From contig JBMNLH010000001.1 in assembly GCA_050952625.1 (NCBI GenBank), positions 512,001 through 576,000 of the forward strand: a stretch of 64,000 bases of DNA, given 5' to 3'. A model generated the notes under the pieces. That model had not been told where the DNA came from. It saw only the letters and a program-made list of their open reading frames with translations, and made no database searches. This DNA comes from Bacillota bacterium (GTDB taxonomy: Bacteria > Bacillota > Ch66 > Ch109). How positions within the stretch are numbered: position 1 is the stretch's first letter; each line of letters opens with the position of its first letter. Below, one piece after another: positions 19,942 to 29,526 of this stretch. A program made the translations under genes and the position numbers.

Positions 19942-20301
19942 ATGCCCAGGGTTAAAGGGGGCCCTATCACCCGCCACAGACGGAAAAAGGTGCTTAAATT
20001 AGCTCGCGGATACCGGGGGGCTAAATCCCGATGTTTTCGAATTGCTAGTCATCAAATACTTAAATCACTGAGCTATGCCTATGCCCACCGTAAGGAAAAG
20101 AAGGGTGATTTCCGTAAACTTTGGATTGCGCGGATTAACGCCGCAGCCAGAATGAATGGTCTGTCTTACAGCAGGTTAATGTTTGGCCTAAAACAGGCGG
20201 GAGTTGAGATAAACCGGAAGATGCTGGCTGATTTGGCGGTCAATGATCTGCCGGCCTTTGGTCGACTGGTAGATACAGCCAAACAGAAACTAAACAAATA
20301 G
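19942..20301 (+). CDS. rplT: 50S ribosomal protein L20
   Basis: MPRVKGG...[14 protein letters not shown]...[10 protein letters not shown]. Confidence 0.97.
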   Translation: MPRVKGGPITRHRRKKVLKLARGYRGAKSRCFRIASHQILKSLSYAYAHRKEKKGDFRKLWIARINAAARMNGLSYSRLMFGLKQAGVEINRKMLADLAVNDLPAFGRLVDTAKQKLNK

Positions 20302-20418
20302 AGTATTTAATTTTTAGTTTGAATGATACGATTAGATAGGAGTATGGTGATATTATAACCATGCTCCTTTTTATATAGGCACACGGGATGGTTTAACTGT
20401 CCCGGTCAAGGAAGAGGG

Positions 20419-21312
20419 TTGGAGAATTTGGAACAACGTATTACGTCACGGCATAATCCCCAGGTGAAATATGTCCGGGCCTTGAGTCAACGGAAATTTC
20501 GAGAGCAAGAGGGACGGTTTGTGATCGAAGGTGTCCGGCTACTCGAGGAAGCAGTCAGGGCAACCGCTAAAACGGCCGCAAAAGTATCAGCTAGAACAAC
20601 CGCCCAGTTTACTTTGGAAACAGTGTTTGTGTCTTCGGAACTGGTGCAAACTCAACGAATCTACAATTTGTTTAGAGAACTAAGAAAGATAGGGAGTGAG
20701 GTGTATACAGTCCCTCCGCGAGTCCTGGAAGTTATGGCGGATACCGTGAGTCCCCAGGGGATGGTTGGGGTTGTTCGGCGTGCCAAAACAAGTGAGACGG
20801 CGAATCGTTTAACAGAATTAACCCAGCAGCTTGGTCAGAGTAATGAGACACTGCCTCCGTTAGTTTTGGTGTTGGATCGAATCCAGGACCCGGGAAACTT
20901 GGGCACTTTGCTGCGAACGGCTGAAGCAGCGGGTGTTGCTGAGGTCTGGCTAACCCGTGGGACCGTCGATCCTTTTAGTGCGAAGGTTCTGCGTTCGACG
21001 ATGGGGTCAATTTTTCGCGTTCCTTTAACCACTGAAATTGATTATGTCCAGGTATTAGAGTTAAGCCAGGCCGGTCTTAAGTTAGTAGCGACAGAGGTCG
21101 GTGTCTCTAAACCCTATTATCAGGCCGACTTGGCGGTTCCGTTGGCGATCTTGCTGGGTAATGAGGGCAGTGGTTTAGATGAATCCCTTAAGTTGGCCAG
21201 TCAGGAAGTTGTGAATATCCCCCTCGCCGGTGAGGTTGAATCACTGAATGTGGCTGTTGCCGGAGCAATTCTGCTTTTTGAAGCGCGGCGGCAACGGTCA
21301 GCCAGATTCTAA
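20419..21312 (+). CDS. TrmH/SpoU family RNA methyltransferase
   Basis: IQDPGNLGTLLRTA, GNEGSG, ESLNVAVA. Confidence 0.9.
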   Translation: MENLEQRITSRHNPQVKYVRALSQRKFREQEGRFVIEGVRLLEEAVRATAKTAAKVSARTTAQFTLETVFVSSELVQTQRIYNLFRELRKIGSEVYTVPPRVLEVMADTVSPQGMVGVVRRAKTSETANRLTELTQQLGQSNETLPPLVLVLDRIQDPGNLGTLLRTAEAAGVAEVWLTRGTVDPFSAKVLRSTMGSIFRVPLTTEIDYVQVLELSQAGLKLVATEVGVSKPYYQADLAVPLAILLGNEGSGLDESLKLASQEVVNIPLAGEVESLNVAVAGAILLFEARRQRSARF

Positions 21313-21320
21313 TGAGCTTA

Positions 21321-22232
21321 TTATCGATAATACTGACCATCGCTTTGTTTGATCAGCCCTTTTCGTTCCAGTCTTTCCAAGTGTTTAAGCAGCATTACTT
21401 TTTCCCAGTACTGAATTAAAGGCCTTGGATCATTGGAAATCAGATGCTGGTCAGCTAGTTCGGCTAAAGTCTGCGGTTGATGCAAGGTCTGCAGAATCTT
21501 TTCATCCCGCTGAAAAACGTGATCAAGATAGGCGGCCACTCTTTGTTGCAGGTTATTGGTGACCAAACGACCATGGCCGGGGATTAAAAGGCGGGGCTGG
21601 AGATCACGGATTCGATAGACAGAGGCAATTAGCTGATCCAGGTCGGACGTAGTATCACCATACCAGGGACCATTTCGGGTCAGATCAATATCAGCCGAGA
21701 TCAAGATTCCCTCCTGCTCCCAGTAGAAACAGGAGTGGCCCGGGGTATGGCCCGGAGTATGGATGACCGTTAATTTCACGGCACCCAGATCAAGGATATC
21801 CCCTTCATCGAACGTCAGATCAACTCGTGATTCAGGCCACCGTACCACCCGGCTGTCTTGAAAAGTTAAGCCGGTTGCCGGGTAGTCAAAATCTATATCA
21901 AAGTTTAACGGAACGGACATCAATTCCTCCCATCGTCCGATAAAACTATTGGTAAATGCCGCCAGAGAGGTGATCATCTCAGCATCTAGCCGGTGGATCG
22001 CTATTTTGGCTTGGGTGAAAGCCCGGTTGCCATTAGTATGGTCTTCATGGCTATGGCTATTAATAACCAGTTCAACCTGTTCCGGCTGGCACTCTTGGAT
22101 AACCGCCAGTTCTAGACCGGTATCAATAACTGTTCTTATTTTATCTTCAATCAATAGACAATTACAATAGGGAAATCGTGTTGGTTTTTTCCCTTTTAAT
22201 AGATGCAGGTTTTTACAAATTTGCATAATCAT
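21321..22232 (-). CDS. MBL-fold metallo-hydrolase
   Basis: SHSHEDH, HTPGHTPGH, IPGHG, C-terminal winged helix. Confidence 0.85.
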   Translation of the reverse strand: MIMQICKNLHLLKGKKPTRFPYCNCLLIEDKIRTVIDTGLELAVIQECQPEQVELVINSHSHEDHTNGNRAFTQAKIAIHRLDAEMITSLAAFTNSFIGRWEELMSVPLNFDIDFDYPATGLTFQDSRVVRWPESRVDLTFDEGDILDLGAVKLTVIHTPGHTPGHSCFYWEQEGILISADIDLTRNGPWYGDTTSDLDQLIASVYRIRDLQPRLLIPGHGRLVTNNLQQRVAAYLDHVFQRDEKILQTLHQPQTLAELADQHLISNDPRPLIQYWEKVMLLKHLERLERKGLIKQSDGQYYR

Positions 22233-22432
22233 TTTTACCCCCCTATTCTATTAAACCTTGATAATCGTCAGTATTCAAGGAAAAGTGTTGTGAAAAAAGT
22301 GTACAATATTTGAACAATATTAATCTAAACATCATTAATCTAAATAACCAGATAACTTGAATTACCTTTCAGCGATATGCTATAATCAATTAAGAAATAT
22401 CCTCGAGGGATAGGGAAAGGTGTGGTAGTTCC

Positions 22433-22522
22433 ATGCTCCCAGCCGAATTTTTTTGGAGGATTTTCGAAGCAACCGGTTCAATAGTTGCTTATATCATGTA
22501 CCGTAAATTGATGGTTCAATAA
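22433..22522 (+). CDS. 29-aa YqzL-like small protein
   Basis: MLPAEFFWRIFEATGSIVAYIMYRKLMVQ carries the W..F..TG.I.AY..Y pattern. It lies downstream of the promoter at 22357-22386. Confidence 0.7.
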   Translation: MLPAEFFWRIFEATGSIVAYIMYRKLMVQ

Positions 22523-22525
22523 AAC

Positions 22526-22819
22526 AAATGTTATGCGTGGGACCAGTACCTGGAGGGTGACTTACAGGGAGGAGGCTCCGTGATTGAGAGGGCCTTTAAG
22601 CAGAAGTCCAGAGAATTCACCCACAAACAGCCGGCTGAAGGGTCAACGTCTTAAATAGACGAATGGTTCTGGTAGGTTTGGCCGGACCTTCCACCGTTAC
22701 TAGGAAGACCAGATCAGTTTGAGTGAATCTAGAAACAGAACTCTAGGCAAATGGTAATCTAGATTAACAAGGGTGGTACCGCGGAAGTAAGCTTTCGTCC
22801 CTGGGACGAAAGCTTTTTT
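22526..22819 (+). promoter_or_regulatory. T-box riboswitch (Phe)
   Basis: Specifier GAA-TTC-AC (22616-22618), CCGTTA, T-box AAGGGTGGTACCGCG (22769) and terminator AAGCTTTCGTCCC/GGGACGAAAGCTTTTT. Confidence 0.93.
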
Positions 22820-22821
22820 GC

Positions 22822-22923
22822 ATAATCAGAAAGGATAAGTGGACTTTCTGATTATCAGTAAATAAGTAAGTGCAACCAGGGCTTTCGCCTGGGCCAAAGG
22901 CTTGGCATAAGCCGGATTTTCTT
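22822..22923. repeat. Palindromic Firmicute intergenic repeat between the T-box and pheS
   Basis: ATAATCAGAAAG..CTTTCTGATTAT hairpin plus GGCTTTCGCC..CTTGGCATAAGCC. Single copy in this window. Confidence 0.45.
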
Positions 22924-22984
22924 TATCAATAATTCTTTATCTATAATCTTTATCTTTAATAATCATAAAAAGGAGGCAAAAGAA

Positions 22985-24007
22985 TTGCTTGAGCAATTGC
23001 GGAAGATTCAGGCAGAAGCAGAGGAGCTGATTAGAATAGCCCTTGATCTGCCAACACTAAATGAAATTCGCGTCCGCTATCTGGGAAAAAAAGGTGAATT
23101 AACTCAGGTCTTACGCGGCATGGGACGTCTCTCGGCCGAAGAACGCCCGTTAGTGGGGAAGCAAGCAAATGAGGTTCGTGATTATCTAGAAGAACAGATT
23201 CAAAGTAAAACTCAGCAAATCAAAGAGCAGGAAAAAACTAAAAAGTTAAGAGAAGAAGCCCTGGATGTCACTTTGCCGGGTCGGCGGATTGGTTTAGGCC
23301 GACGGCATCCGTTAACCCAGATTATGGATGAAATAAAAGAGATCTTTCTCGGCATGGGTTTTGAGATCGTCGAGGGCCCGGAAGTGGAACTGGATTATTA
23401 TAACTTTGAAGCATTAAACATCCCTAAGGATCATCCAGCCCGGGATATGCAGGATTCTTTCTACATTACCCCGGAAATACTTCTTCGAACTCATACCTCA
23501 CCGGTCCAGGCCAGGACCTATGAGGCCCGGGTACCAGAGGTGCCGGTACGGATTATTGCCCCGGGCAAGGTCTACCGACGAGATGATGATGCCACTCATT
23601 CCCCAATGTTTCAGCAGGTAGAGGGATTCTTGATTGACCGGCAGGTCAGTTTAGCGGACTTGAAAGGCACTTTACTCGCTTTTGCCCGTCAGATGTTTGG
23701 GCAGGACCGGGAGATTCGTTTGCGGCCTAGCTTCTTCCCGTTTACCGAACCGAGTGCCGAAGTTGACGTCTCTTGTGGGATGTGTCACGGCACCGGCTGC
23801 CGTACTTGTTCCTATACCGGCTGGCTCGAAATCCTGGGAGCCGGCATGGTCCACCCCCGCGTCCTGGAAATTGCCGGTTACGACCCGGAAAAAGTCTCCG
23901 GCTTTGCCTTCGGCATGGGAGTCGAACGAATAACCATGCTCAAATACGGTATCGACGACATGCGCCTCCTCTTCGAAAACGACCTCAGATTCCTGCAGCA
24001 GTTTTAG
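22985..24007 (+). CDS. pheS: Phenylalanyl-tRNA synthetase alpha subunit
   Basis: [34 protein letters not shown]. Confidence 0.97.
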   Translation: MLEQLRKIQAEAEELIRIALDLPTLNEIRVRYLGKKGELTQVLRGMGRLSAEERPLVGKQANEVRDYLEEQIQSKTQQIKEQEKTKKLREEALDVTLPGRRIGLGRRHPLTQIMDEIKEIFLGMGFEIVEGPEVELDYYNFEALNIPKDHPARDMQDSFYITPEILLRTHTSPVQARTYEARVPEVPVRIIAPGKVYRRDDDATHSPMFQQVEGFLIDRQVSLADLKGTLLAFARQMFGQDREIRLRPSFFPFTEPSAEVDVSCGMCHGTGCRTCSYTGWLEILGAGMVHPRVLEIAGYDPEKVSGFAFGMGVERITMLKYGIDDMRLLFENDLRFLQQF

Positions 24008-24561
24008 GAGTGCCGTATCTAAGCCTACAGGAAAGAACAGCATGAAATAGAAGCAGAACTTTAGCACCGCAGAAACTGCCCAACAGGAAAGAGGCGCGAC
24101 TAGTTAAATAAAAGGAGTGCCGTATCTAAGCCTACAGGAAAGAACAGCATGAAATAGAAGCAGAACTTTAGCACCGCAGAAACTGCCCAACAGGAAAGAG
24201 GCGCGACTAGTTAAATAAAAGGAGTGCCGTATCTAAGCCTACAGGAAAGAACAGCATGAAATAGAAGCAGAACTTTAGCACCGCAGAAACTGCCCAACAG
24301 GAAAGAGGCGCGACTAGTTAAATAAAAAGGAGTGCCGTATCTAAGTCCACAGGAAAGAACTGCGTGAAATAGAAGTAGAACATTAGCACCGCAGAAACTG
24401 TACAAAAGGAAAGAGGTGCGACTAGTTAAATAAAAAGGAGTGCCGTATCTAAGCCTACAGGAAAGAACAGCATGAAATAGAAGCAGAACTTTAGCACCGC
24501 AGAAACTGCCCAACAGGAAAGAGGCGCGACTAGTTCAATAAATAGGAGCACCGTATCTAAG
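24005..24561 (+). repeat. Tandem array, 5 full units plus 1 partial unit of 107-108 bp
   Basis: GGAG(T/C) unit starts at 24007, 24114, 24221, 24329, 24437 and 24545. Units are near-identical with no unique spacers. Confidence 0.97.
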
Positions 24562-24583
24562 AAAAGAGTAAGGAGAGTTGTTT

Positions 24584-26660
24584 ATGCGAGTTCCTTTGAC
24601 CTGGCTGAAGGAATATGTAGATATCAAGATATCCCCGGAGGAACTGGCCCGGCGACCTGACCATGGCTGGAATCACCGTAGAGAACATCGACAGATTGTC
24701 AGCTCGGGAGGTAGTCCTGGAGTTGGAACTGACGCCGAATAGAGCTGACTGTTTGAGCCTGATCAACGTAGCCCGGGAAGTAGCGGCGGTGACCGGGGAA
24801 AAGCTGCACCTGCCGGAAGTGATCGTCCCGGAAACCAAAGAACGAATTGAAGACTTAGCCGGGGTTGAAATCGAGGCTCCCGCGCTATGTGATCGTTATC
24901 TGGCCCGGGTAATCCGAAATATTCGAATTGCCCCTTCCCCGATTTGGATGCAGGAGCGGCTGCAAGCAGCCGGCATTCGCCCGATCAACAATATTGTTGA
25001 TATTACTAATTATGTTATGCTAGAAACTGGTCAGCCACTGCATGCTTTTGATTACGATACGCTCACTGACCACCAAATTATTGTCCGGCAAGCCCGGCCA
25101 GGAGAAACCCTAAACACCTTAGACAAGACGAAGCGGGAATTAGCCCAAGAGATGCTGGTCATCGCCGACGCCCAGAGGGCTGTAGCTCTTGCTGGAGTGA
25201 TGGGCGGCCTGGAAACTGAGGTAACTGAAAGGACTCGGACGGTCTTGCTTGAGTCAGCCCACTTTGACCGGGTCAGTATCCGGCGCACTTCACGTCAAGT
25301 GGGCTTACGGTCTGAATCTTCCGTTCGGTTTGAAAAGGGAACCGACGTTGAAGGAGTGGTTTTGGGGGCTGATCGAGCTGCCCAGTTAATGGCCGAATTA
25401 GGGGCTGGCCAACCGGTCGCCGGGGTCGTTGACCGGTACCTTAACCCCCGTCAACCGCACAGCATTACCTTGCGGATTTCTCGAACTAATAGTTTGTTGG
25501 GGACGGACCTTAGCCAATCCGAGGTTATTAACTTGCTTGACCGGTTACAACTGAAACTAGTGATCAAAGATCATGATTCAGTAGTAGTGGAGGTTCCTTC
25601 TTACCGAGGGGATTTAGAACGGGAAGAAGATTTAATTGAAGAGGTTGCTCGACTCCACGGTTACGATCGAATCCCAATCACTCTCCCCAGCGGAACAACG
25701 ACTCAGGGAATCAAAACGACCCGACAAAAGGCTGTTGATCGGACTCGTGATCTGCTTACCGCTTGCGGCCTGACCGAGGTGGTTACCTTTAGTATGGTCA
25801 GCCCGCGCGTATTTGACCGGATTGGTCTAGCCGCTGATGACTCATTGCGTCAGGTGATGGTTCTGACCAACCCACTTAATGAGGAACAGAGCGTTTTACG
25901 AACCACGCTAATTCCCAACCTTCTCGAAGTAGCTGCGCGTAATTACAACCGACGAGTGGCTGATGTCGCGGTTTTTGAGCTCGGACGTGTTTTTCTCCCG
26001 GCTGAAGACGGGAATCCCGGGGTTTTACCTGACGAAAAGCTTTATGTGGCCGGTCTAACCATGGGCGATTTATTGCCAGGGTGGAGTGCTTCGCCTCAAC
26101 CAATGGACTTCTTTTACCTCAAAGGAGTAGTTGAAGAATTACTGACCGGTCTGGGGATCAAAGACTGCGCCTGGCAAGCCGCAGCACTGAGACCTACTTT
26201 TCACCCGGGGCGCAGTGCTGAAATTTATGGTGCTGGAGAGTTATTAGGCTTAATCGCGGAGATTCATCCGGACGTGTTAGAGGAGTACGGCCTGCCTAAA
26301 CGGACTTGGGTTTTTGAGTTGAACCTTGACCGGGTCCTGGCGGTGATGAGCCCGGTTAAGAGCTATTCCCCCTTAAGTCGATACCCCAGTGTCCAAAGAG
26401 ACTTAGCTCTCATTATTCCCGAAAGTCTGCCAGCAGCCAAGGTGGAAACGAAAATTTGGGAGTCCGGGCAGCCTCTGTTGCATCAAGTAACCCTGTTTGA
26501 TGTCTACCAGGGTAAACCAATTCCTGAGGGATACCGAAGTCTGGCTTATTCACTGATCTACCAGGCGAGTGATCGGACCTTAACTGATGAAGAGGTCAAT
26601 GAAAGACATCAATTGGTGCGGGATACCCTTAGTCGAGAAATGGGTGTTGAATTGCGTTAA
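24584..26660 (+). CDS. pheT: Phenylalanyl-tRNA synthetase beta subunit (apparent +1 frameshift near 24655; lacks B2 OB domain)
   Basis: MRVPLTWLKEYVDI...LARR from ATG 24584 joins LTMAGI in the +1 frame. TPNRADCLS, B3/4, B5 and FDX-ACB domains follow. Confidence 0.93.
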
Positions 26661-26778
26661 TCAACATAAACCATACGTACAATCCCTCCATAATTAGAAT
26701 GATCATACAGAAAGACCCTCTGATCTATGTTTCAGAGGGTTAACTTCTTGCGCCTGTAGTGATTAGCCTTGATGTCGT

Positions 26779-26903
26779 TTATCTGAATTCGAAAGATTCA
26801 AAAGCCCCCTACTTCTATAATTGGAGATTACCTTGTTCAAAATTCAGGTGGTGCAGAGTCTCCATCTGAAGCCCCAGTGCTCAGCGAAGCTGGATGAGTT
26901 CAC
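26779..26903 (-). repeat. Dispersed repeat family A copy
   Basis: ...CCCCTACTTCTATAA...GAGTCTCCATCTGAAG...CAGCGAAGCTGGATGAGTTCAC. Confidence 0.85.
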
Positions 26904-26915
26904 TGGATCTTTAGC

Positions 26916-28025
26916 CTAGCCCACTGAATCTGCTGCGCTATTGGTGATTAACTTGTTAATCTCCGGCTCAGTTAAGGTCTCCTTGATCCAAAACCGGGAT
27001 AAGGTTGACAGGTCTATGGTTCGGGATTGTTTTAAACGACGATGGTTTGCATCGAAGATAATCTTTATCACCGGTTTTTGTGGGTGGTCTTTACGGGTTT
27101 CCGTTACAACCGCTATTTCACCGGTATTTAGTAAAACTATGCTGCCCACTGGAAAAGCAGCTACATTGGCAATTAGATGGTTGACTACTAAAGGCTCAAA
27201 ATGTTTACCTATACCATCCTTAATAATCGCGAGGGCCAGATTAGTCGGGTAACCTGGCCGATACTGGCGATCAGCAATTAGAGCATCAAAGACATCCGCC
27301 ACCGCGACAATTCGAGCGTGTTGAGTAATTCGGTCAGCTGCTAGCCCTCGAGGGTAGCCGGTCCCATCCCAATGTTCATGGTGCTGAAAAGCGACATGCG
27401 CAGAGAGAAGGGAGATCTCTTGATTAGTTCTAAGGATCTCAAAACCAAATTCAGAGTGCTTCTGAACACTATTAAACTCCATTGGGGTTAATGGTCCTGG
27501 CTTATTCAAGATATCTGTACTGATTAAGGTTTTACCGATGTCATGCAACACAGCTCCAATCCCAATCTCTTGGAGTTTAAGCTGATCATATCCCATCGAA
27601 ATAGCAATTATGATTGAGAGGATACCGACATTGATTGAGTGCCCGAGAAGATAGTCGTCATAGGTCCGAATATCTTCTAAATTGAATAAAACGTTACGAT
27701 TCGCTAGTAATTCATCAACTAGCAGAGCTACGCTTTTTTGGACGGACTTTATATTCAGCTTACCTCTCTTCTTGAGAAACTCAGAGGTCTCTTTCAGCGT
27801 CTGAGTAACATAGACCCGGGTTTTTGGGGAGACAATGTCAGGGACATCTATGTTCGACAAATCATCTTTGATATAAATCGAAGCGAACCCTAATTGAGAA
27901 AGCCTCTCGATATATTTAGAAGTCAGTATGGTATCCTGAGTTAGTAGAATTTTACCTTCGGTATTTAAGATTGAGCGTCCAACGACCATCCCTTCTTGTA
28001 ATAAATCAATCGGTACTCTTCTCAT
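26916..28025 (-). CDS. HD-GYP domain cyclic-di-GMP phosphodiesterase
   Basis: LHDIGK, HHEHWDGTGYPRGL, VADVFDAL. Confidence 0.9.
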   Translation of the reverse strand: MRRVPIDLLQEGMVVGRSILNTEGKILLTQDTILTSKYIERLSQLGFASIYIKDDLSNIDVPDIVSPKTRVYVTQTLKETSEFLKKRGKLNIKSVQKSVALLVDELLANRNVLFNLEDIRTYDDYLLGHSINVGILSIIIAISMGYDQLKLQEIGIGAVLHDIGKTLISTDILNKPGPLTPMEFNSVQKHSEFGFEILRTNQEISLLSAHVAFQHHEHWDGTGYPRGLAADRITQHARIVAVADVFDALIADRQYRPGYPTNLALAIIKDGIGKHFEPLVVNHLIANVAAFPVGSIVLLNTGEIAVVTETRKDHPQKPVIKIIFDANHRRLKQSRTIDLSTLSRFWIKETLTEPEINKLITNSAADSVG

Positions 28026-28184
28026 TCAAAAGCTCTCCACATTTAATCAAAAGGTAATATATACTCTATTATGACAAAGGCATGCCGTGAAGTTGTTAGT
28101 TGTTAGTTGTTACTTCTTCAATTTACCATGTTTATAAAGAAAAGTATACCTTAAACGAATATGTTATAATGATAATATTTAAGT

Positions 28185-29276
28185 TTGACTGGGTTAGGGG
28201 AATTAGAGTTTACGATGTTTAAACGCTATCGTCTTTTAATTTTTCTGCTCGGATTGCTCTATTTGACTACGGTTGTTATCCTAAAGTATCAGGATTTACT
28301 GCTTTTTTCTCCAGTTCAGATCAAGACCTATGGTGATATTCGATTTCAGAAGGTGTTCCATTGGCAACCGGATCTGCAAATCAAAATGCACCATATCCAA
28401 TTGGCAAACAGTGAAGACATTAAGGTTATCCATTTAGGAAATTCAACAGTTTGGGGGGCATATGTGGCCCCAGAAGAAACGCTGTCCAGCTATTTAAATC
28501 AAAAGCTGTATGAAGACCAAACGCAACGGGTCTTTAACTTCGGTTATCCAGGAGCTTGGGCCGATAAACAGGCTTTTTATTTTAATGAAGCCCTTAAGTT
28601 TAACCCGGATTTATTATTATTGGGTGTTTCCCCAGTGGACTACCTGGATCTTGCTTATCTATTTCGAAAAAGTCCAGATTACGCTTCGGCCTTTAGTCAG
28701 GTTACCTATACGGATTCACTGGTTGACTCCTGGCAGAATCTAAGATTTTTAACCAGTGAAAATAAACAATGGGTTTTGCATAACCTAATCGGCAACTTAC
28801 TTCCTTTATCGAAATATGGTAATGTCTATCAGCATTACCTATGGACCGATTTGTACTGGCGTTTCTTGGAGGTGCGTCGGGCCTTGGGATACTCTGACAT
28901 TCCACGCTATGAGCAACCAACCGGACCCTATGTGCCCCCTGATTCGCCTAAGGTGACTTTTGAGAAATACCCTCTGATTTCACCTAGTTATCAGGCGTTA
29001 GAATACATGCTCAGTGAGGCAGCTGCTCGCCAAATCCCAGTTATTCTATATTTAGAGCCCCATATCTACCGGCAGGAAAATTTTGAGCCGGGGCTTTATG
29101 AAGCTTCGGTTAACCAAATCAAGAAAATTGCCCAGGATTATCACCAAGTAGTTTTAGAATTTACCGAACTAGATGACCCGAAGTATTTTGTTGACTGGGA
29201 CCATTTAAACCCCCGGGGTAACGAGGAACTGGCCGAGAAACTGACACCTTATGTTGCCCACAAGCTGGCAGACTAA
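28185..29276 (+). CDS. SGNH-like (DltD/AlgJ-type) membrane-anchored protein
   Basis: N-terminal TM, LGNSTVWG, FNFGYPG, D-W-D-H-LN. Lies next to an MBOAT gene. Confidence 0.65.
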   Translation: MTGLGELEFTMFKRYRLLIFLLGLLYLTTVVILKYQDLLLFSPVQIKTYGDIRFQKVFHWQPDLQIKMHHIQLANSEDIKVIHLGNSTVWGAYVAPEETLSSYLNQKLYEDQTQRVFNFGYPGAWADKQAFYFNEALKFNPDLLLLGVSPVDYLDLAYLFRKSPDYASAFSQVTYTDSLVDSWQNLRFLTSENKQWVLHNLIGNLLPLSKYGNVYQHYLWTDLYWRFLEVRRALGYSDIPRYEQPTGPYVPPDSPKVTFEKYPLISPSYQALEYMLSEAAARQIPVILYLEPHIYRQENFEPGLYEASVNQIKKIAQDYHQVVLEFTELDDPKYFVDWDHLNPRGNEELAEKLTPYVAHKLAD

Positions 29277-29359
29277 AAAATTCAAAGGTTGAACGGCTTT
29301 TTATTTACTAACCGCCCATGCCTGATAGGCACAACCGCCTATGAAAATAGCGGACGGAG

Positions 29360-29428
29360 GTCATCCTGAGCGTTAGCGAAGGATCTTCCTTCTTAGCAGG
29401 GGAAGGATTCTTCGCTTCACTCAGAATT
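29360..29428. repeat. GTCATCCTGAGCG..AGCGAAGGATCT/GATTCTTCGC..CTCAGAAT palindromic REP-like element
   Basis: Inverted arms are visible. It abuts a family C copy at 29308-29356. Confidence 0.6.
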
Positions 29429-29526
29429 ATCTCCTGCGTTAACCGCACTATGATAAACGAATAAGTGGTTATATTCATAGCAATGACACGATACGAAAAC
29501 TATTTATTAACTAACAGGGTGAAAAT

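Noticed and set aside
24211-24513. 100-aa repeat ORF on the minus strand
   Set aside because: By-product of the tandem array. Unit length 107 is not a multiple of 3 and there is no SD.
24005-24561. CRISPR array or tandem riboswitch
   Set aside because: Units are 107 bp and near-identical throughout with no unique spacers, and there are no cas genes. I recognise no aptamer consensus.
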